Assembly (NCBI GenBank): GCA_048938445.1
Contig: JBHLME010000094.1
Location: 1-17,517 of the forward strand
From: Promethearchaeota archaeon
GTDB taxonomy: Archaea > Asgardarchaeota > Lokiarchaeia > Sigyniarchaeales > SOKP01
Reading direction: 5' to 3'
Length of the DNA stretch: 17,517 nucleotides
The translations under genes were made by a program, and so were the position numbers. The notes below the pieces were generated by a model that ran no database searches, had not been told where the DNA came from, and saw only the letters and a program-made list of their open reading frames with translations. Shown here piece after piece: positions 13,386 through 17,517 of this stretch. Positions within the stretch are counted from its first letter, which is position 1; the number at the start of each line of letters is the position of its first letter.

Positions 13386-15698
13386 ATGATAAGACATTCA
13401 AAAAAGCAATTATTAGTCCTATTTGTAGTGACTTTAACAATCTTTAATTTTACTCTATATGTTGATAATAAAATTACTTTTACTAATTCTGAAAATGCCA
13501 TTAAAACTTCATCTAATCTTTTAATTCAATGGAATTATACGTGGGGGGGAAGTGAAACTGATTATGGGGGTGGAATGGTCTGGGATCCGGCAGGTTACGC
13601 ATATGTTTCTGGAACTACAAGAAGTTTTGGAGCGAATGAATCTGATATGTGTATAATAAAATATGGTTCTACAGGAAAGGAATGGAATCATACGTGGGGT
13701 GGAAGCGGAATTGATTATGGTAATGATGTAGCTGTCGATTCATTGGGAACTGCATATGTTGCTGGACAAATGACTAGCTTTGGAGCGCCTAATGGTGATA
13801 TTAGCTTAGTAACATTTAATTTCTGGGGTAAATCAATGAATTACTCATGGGGAGGAAGTGGAAATGATTATGGGAATGGTGTAGTTTTGGACTCATCAGG
13901 TAAAGCATATGTCGCAGGATATACAGATAGTTTTGGACTGTCTAATATAAGTATATGTTTAGTTAAATTCAATTATACTGGATTTACAGGAGTGGAATGG
14001 AATAGCACGTGGGGTGGGGATGGAGTTAGCGTAGGGCTTGATGTAGCCTTAGATAATTCAGGAAATGCCTATGTTGCTGGACACACCACTTGTTTTGGAG
14101 CGAAAGAGAAAGATTTGTGCATAGTGAAATTTAACACCACGGGAGGTGTAGAATGGAATAACACGTGGGGTAGAGCTGGATGGGATATTGGGTATGGTGT
14201 GGCTGTTGATTCTAATGGCAATGCATATGTTACAGGTTCTACAGAAAATACTGAAACGGGAGATCTGGATATGTGCTTGGTGAAATTTAACACCACGGGA
14301 GGTATTGAATGGAATTATACGTGGGGTGGAGATGAACATGATAATGGATATGGTGTAGATTTGGATTCTTCAGGTAATGCATATGTGGTCGGAGAAACAA
14401 CTAGTTTTGGAGCAATATATATTGATGTTTGTATAGTGAAATTTAATTCGACCGGAGTGGAATGGAATTACACCTGGAATGGAAGTGGAATGGATACTGG
14501 TAGGGATATAGCTTTGGACTCGTTTGGTAATATATATGTTTCTCTATCTACTAATAGTTTTACAATAACTAATATGGATATCGGTTTATTCAAATTTGTA
14601 TTTGATACATCTGAAGATGGCTCTCAATTACCTCCAGATCTTTTACTCTATATTATAATTGGAAGCATAATTGGAATTGCTGGAATCTCAACAATTACAA
14701 TGCTAGGAATAATTCGAACAAGAAACAAAAGAGTTCGAGCTTTATCTACTCCTCAATTCTTTATTAAGGATGTTGAGGTAGTTAGGGGTGGTGATTGGAT
14801 GGTTGAAGCAGCTCAGAGTGTTTTTCAGTTTAAAATTAAAATTAAAAACACCTCTCACTATGTCATTTCCAACATTCAAGTCATAATATCAGCAGTGCCT
14901 CCAGGATTAGAATTATTATCAGATAAATCCTATAATTTTTCGGACTTGAGCCAAAATTCATTCGTAAGTCCCACGTTTAAATTTAAGGCAAAAGAAAGCT
15001 GTGTTGGCAATACTATTGAGAGCCTTGTATCATTTAGAGATATCGAAGGGCATATTCAGACCATTAATGTTGAACCATTCGAAATTAAATATGTATGCAA
15101 TCTTTTAGTGCCCAAGCCAATAAGTAAACAAGAATATGAACAGAAAACGGCAAAAATGAGTGAAAAGAAGATTGTTCTAGATTGCGATATGTCTCCTGAA
15201 GAAATGGAACGAGAACTTTCAGATATCTTGCGGGTCAATAACTTTTACGTGCTTGATAAGACACCAGAACCGTTAGGATCTGAAATCAGGAGCTTGGAAG
15301 GGTATGCTGAGGGTAAGTATGATAAAAAGGATGTGGCTTTATCCGTGATGATGCAAAGAGTAGCCGCTCAAACCACGAAATTAATCGTCAAGGCGATGAG
15401 TGATAGAGAAGAAAAAGTAGTCGACCTTCTTAAAGATATAAACTTAAAATGTGATGACTTAAAGACCAGTAATGAGCTCATCTTGGAATATTCACAAAAG
15501 ATAGAGGAGGTGCTTGATGAAATTGATGACCTCGAAGAATTTTTAATGAGAAGACTTGGTTCTTTATGGGATAGAATAAAAGATGTGTGGAAAAAGTATA
15601 AGAGCGGAGAAGTCGGGAAGCTTGAATTCATAAAATTAGGAACGGAAGTAATCGGGAAGAAGTTTATCAAGATCTTTTTAGGAAAAATTATAAAATAA
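13386..15698 (+). CDS. Single-pass membrane protein: extracellular 7-blade SBBP-type beta-propeller, TM helix, cytosolic adaptin/COP appendage-like domain plus helical tail
   Basis: GAGGGA upstream favours the ATG at 13386. A signal peptide or anchor reads KKQLLVLFVVTLTIFNFTLY. Seven ~51-aa repeats follow the pattern WNxTWGG..D.G..V.LDS.GNAYV.G.T.SFG....D...VKF. The TM at ~14640-14714 is followed by RTRNKRVR (positive-inside). About 320 aa of cytosolic region follow. Confidence 0.85.
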   Translation: MIRHSKKQLLVLFVVTLTIFNFTLYVDNKITFTNSENAIKTSSNLLIQWNYTWGGSETDYGGGMVWDPAGYAYVSGTTRSFGANESDMCIIKYGSTGKEWNHTWGGSGIDYGNDVAVDSLGTAYVAGQMTSFGAPNGDISLVTFNFWGKSMNYSWGGSGNDYGNGVVLDSSGKAYVAGYTDSFGLSNISICLVKFNYTGFTGVEWNSTWGGDGVSVGLDVALDNSGNAYVAGHTTCFGAKEKDLCIVKFNTTGGVEWNNTWGRAGWDIGYGVAVDSNGNAYVTGSTENTETGDLDMCLVKFNTTGGIEWNYTWGGDEHDNGYGVDLDSSGNAYVVGETTSFGAIYIDVCIVKFNSTGVEWNYTWNGSGMDTGRDIALDSFGNIYVSLSTNSFTITNMDIGLFKFVFDTSEDGSQLPPDLLLYIIIGSIIGIAGISTITMLGIIRTRNKRVRALSTPQFFIKDVEVVRGGDWMVEAAQSVFQFKIKIKNTSHYVISNIQVIISAVPPGLELLSDKSYNFSDLSQNSFVSPTFKFKAKESCVGNTIESLVSFRDIEGHIQTINVEPFEIKYVCNLLVPKPISKQEYEQKTAKMSEKKIVLDCDMSPEEMERELSDILRVNNFYVLDKTPEPLGSEIRSLEGYAEGKYDKKDVALSVMMQRVAAQTTKLIVKAMSDREEKVVDLLKDINLKCDDLKTSNELILEYSQKIEEVLDEIDDLEEFLMRRLGSLWDRIKDVWKKYKSGEVGKLEFIKLGTEVIGKKFIKIFLGKIIK

Positions 15699-15700
15699 AT

Positions 15701-15717
15701 CTTTTTTTTCTTTTTTT
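15701..15717 (+). terminator. Oligo-T terminator CT8CT7
   Basis: CTTTTTTTTCTTTTTTT begins 3 nt after the stop at 15698, in the convergent spacer with dnaJ. Confidence 0.6.
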
Positions 15718-15799
15718 ATTCAAAATGAGATAATCTAGAGGTTATTATTAAATTTAATTTCCCATTTAGAATTTATAATCAAATTTAGCAACAAAAGAA

Positions 15800-16948
15800 T
15801 TATTTTTCACTCAATTTTTTAAATTCTTTTAATAATTCTAATTGCTTATCAGATAATCGTGTTGGCATCAAAATGTTCGCAATAACATATTGATCTCCTC
15901 TTCCTTTACCCCTTAAATAAGAAACACCATGATTTTTAATTCTAAATTCAGTTCCAAATTGAGTTCCTGCGGGTATGTCCAATTCTTTCTGAGTAATTTT
16001 TTGATTTTTGTAATCTAATATAGGAACTGTAATTTTTCCACCTATTATAGCGGTTATAATATCAATGTCAGCCTTTGTATAAAGATCATTTCCTCTTCGA
16101 ATGAAATCATTATTATCTTCCACGTCAATTCTAAGATACAAGTCTCCTGGTATGGCATTGGAGGATGGTATATGACCAGCACCTTGCATCTTTAGATGCA
16201 CTCCATTTTCAACTCCAGGAGGAATGTTAACTCCCTTTATTGTCTTAGTTTCTTCAATTACTTTTCTGCCTTTACACGTCTTACATTTATTGACCACGAT
16301 TTCTCCAGTACCCCGGCAATTACTACATTCTGTTTCTCGAATTATCGTTCCAAATCCTGATCGAGTCATTTTTCTCTCCCTACCAGTCCCATTACAATCT
16401 GAACACGTTGATATATTAGATTTTTCTCCATTTAAAGCTCCAGTTCCCTCACAATCATCACACGGTACAAATCTTTGAACAACTACGTCTCGCTTTAAGC
16501 CAAACATTGCTTCTTCAAAACTTAACTTTATTCGATGTTCAATATCTTGACCAACTTCTCTTCGAGGTTGAGCTCTTCTCGCTCGAGATCCAAATCCTCC
16601 AAAACCCCCTCCAAAAATATCTCCTATACCTCCAAATCCACCACCACCAAATATCGATCGAAACAATTCATCAATACCTGGTATTCCACCGCTGAAAAAA
16701 TCACTCATGTCTACATCTACTCCACTGAATCCAAATTGGTCATAGTTTCGACGTTTTTGTGGGTCACTCAATACTTCATATGCTTCTTGTAACTCAATGA
16801 ACTTTTCTTTGGCATTAGGGTCAGTCTTATTCATATCAGGATGAAGTTTTCTCGCCAATCGTCGATAAGCAAGTTTAATGTCTTTCTCTGTAGCGTCTTT
16901 CTGAACTCCTAATACCTCGTAATAGTCTCTCTTGTTTTTGCTACTAAT
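15800..16948 (-). CDS. dnaJ: Chaperone DnaJ (class A Hsp40)
   Basis: The J-domain ([10 protein letters not shown]...[12 protein letters not shown]) extends upstream of the ORF-track start at 16858. A G/F-rich region, four CxxCxGxG-type repeats and a C-terminal domain (GDLY, RGDQYV) follow. No in-frame ATG/GTG/TTG lies upstream of the J-domain, so the start is ATT at 16948 or 16951. Confidence 0.97.
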   Translation of the reverse strand: MSSKNKRDYYEVLGVQKDATEKDIKLAYRRLARKLHPDMNKTDPNAKEKFIELQEAYEVLSDPQKRRNYDQFGFSGVDVDMSDFFSGGIPGIDELFRSIFGGGGFGGIGDIFGGGFGGFGSRARRAQPRREVGQDIEHRIKLSFEEAMFGLKRDVVVQRFVPCDDCEGTGALNGEKSNISTCSDCNGTGRERKMTRSGFGTIIRETECSNCRGTGEIVVNKCKTCKGRKVIEETKTIKGVNIPPGVENGVHLKMQGAGHIPSSNAIPGDLYLRIDVEDNNDFIRRGNDLYTKADIDIITAIIGGKITVPILDYKNQKITQKELDIPAGTQFGTEFRIKNHGVSYLRGKGRGDQYVIANILMPTRLSDKQLELLKEFKKLSEK

Positions 16949-16957
16949 AATTCATCA

Positions 16958-16962
16958 ACCTC
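16958..16962 (-). promoter_or_regulatory. Shine-Dalgarno site of dnaJ
   Basis: GAGGT on the minus strand, 6 and 9 nt upstream of two in-frame ATT codons. Confidence 0.65.
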
Positions 16963-17260
16963 GTTATTACGTTTAAGAATCAATTAGAAATCATAAACTG
17001 TTAAAAATTATAAATATAAATCCTCGATATAATATATCTTTTTAGTTAATTAATCTGCTATTTAATACTTTATAATCGTTGTTTTTATAATTGTATAAAA
17101 TAATTATATCATAAAATTCTTACTGATATAGAGATCTTTAAATAAAAAAATTTAAAATTGTTATTTCATAATTTTAGATAAGATAAAACCGTGTAAAATC
17201 AATTTAAAATAAAGTTTAAGATAATAAAAAAAATCATAAAAATAGAAAATGTGAAAAATT

Positions 17261-17517
17261 ATGACTGAAAGTGGTGAAAAAAAATCAACCAGAAAAGAAA
17301 AAATCATTGGTATCGATTTAGGAACGTCCAATAGTGCTTGTGCGATATTAAATGCAATAACAAGACAACCTGAAATTATCCCTGCAGCAGAAGGGAGAAC
17401 TCTTGGTGGTAAAGCCTTCCCTTCTTACGTGGCTTTTAATGAAAGCGGACAAAAAATCGTTGGTGAACCTGCTCGACGTCAGGCAGTCTCCAATCCTGAA
17501 GGAACAGTTTACGCTAT
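17261..17517 (+). CDS. dnaK: Chaperone DnaK (Hsp70), N-terminal fragment cut by the window edge (not in the ORF track)
   Basis: Manual translation gives [30 protein letters not shown]...[49 protein letters not shown]. It contains the Hsp70 signature IDLGTxNS and the PSYVAF motif. Confidence 0.97.
   Translation, partial: MTESGEKKSTRKEKIIGIDLGTSNSACAILNAITRQPEIIPAAEGRTLGGKAFPSYVAFNESGQKIVGEPARRQAVSNPEGTVYA

Noticed and set aside
1485-16792. Other short overlapping ORFs in the track (1485, 3421, 5934, 6391, 10099, 11430, 12492, 12637, 12878, 14058, 14069, 15056, 15368, 16224, 16507, 16535)
   Set aside because: All overlap well-supported genes in another frame or strand and show no motifs.

Overview
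AT-rich archaeal chromosomal window, most likely from an Asgard archaeon (Lokiarchaeia/Promethearchaeota-like). This is inferred from the gene families, GGTG/GAGG ribosome-binding sites, oligo-T terminators and an archaeal-type DnaK insertion. From left to right it holds: the 3' part of a giant Ig-like-repeat surface protein with a recent 285-bp tandem expansion; a DUF2299-like gene with an apparent frameshift; an unknown membrane-anchored protein behind a perfect 26-bp palindrome; a 613-aa protein that aligns by eye as HhH + Lys-rich linker + Bro1/ALIX-like domain + steadiness-box-like C-terminus, followed closely by a 2-TM tandem winged-helix protein (candidate DNA-linked ESCRT adaptor pair, the main find); a CxxCxxCC protein; a 35-aa rubredoxin-like protein missing from the ORF track; an aldo/keto reductase; a lysophospholipase-like hydrolase; a coiled-coil/Zn-ribbon protein; a 7-blade beta-propeller transmembrane protein with an adaptin/COP/BBS appendage-like cytosolic tail; and divergent dnaJ (apparently ATT-initiated) and dnaK (cut by the window edge). 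No RNA genes, CRISPR arrays or mobile elements were recognised. All domain calls are by-eye motif comparisons from memory, not database searches.
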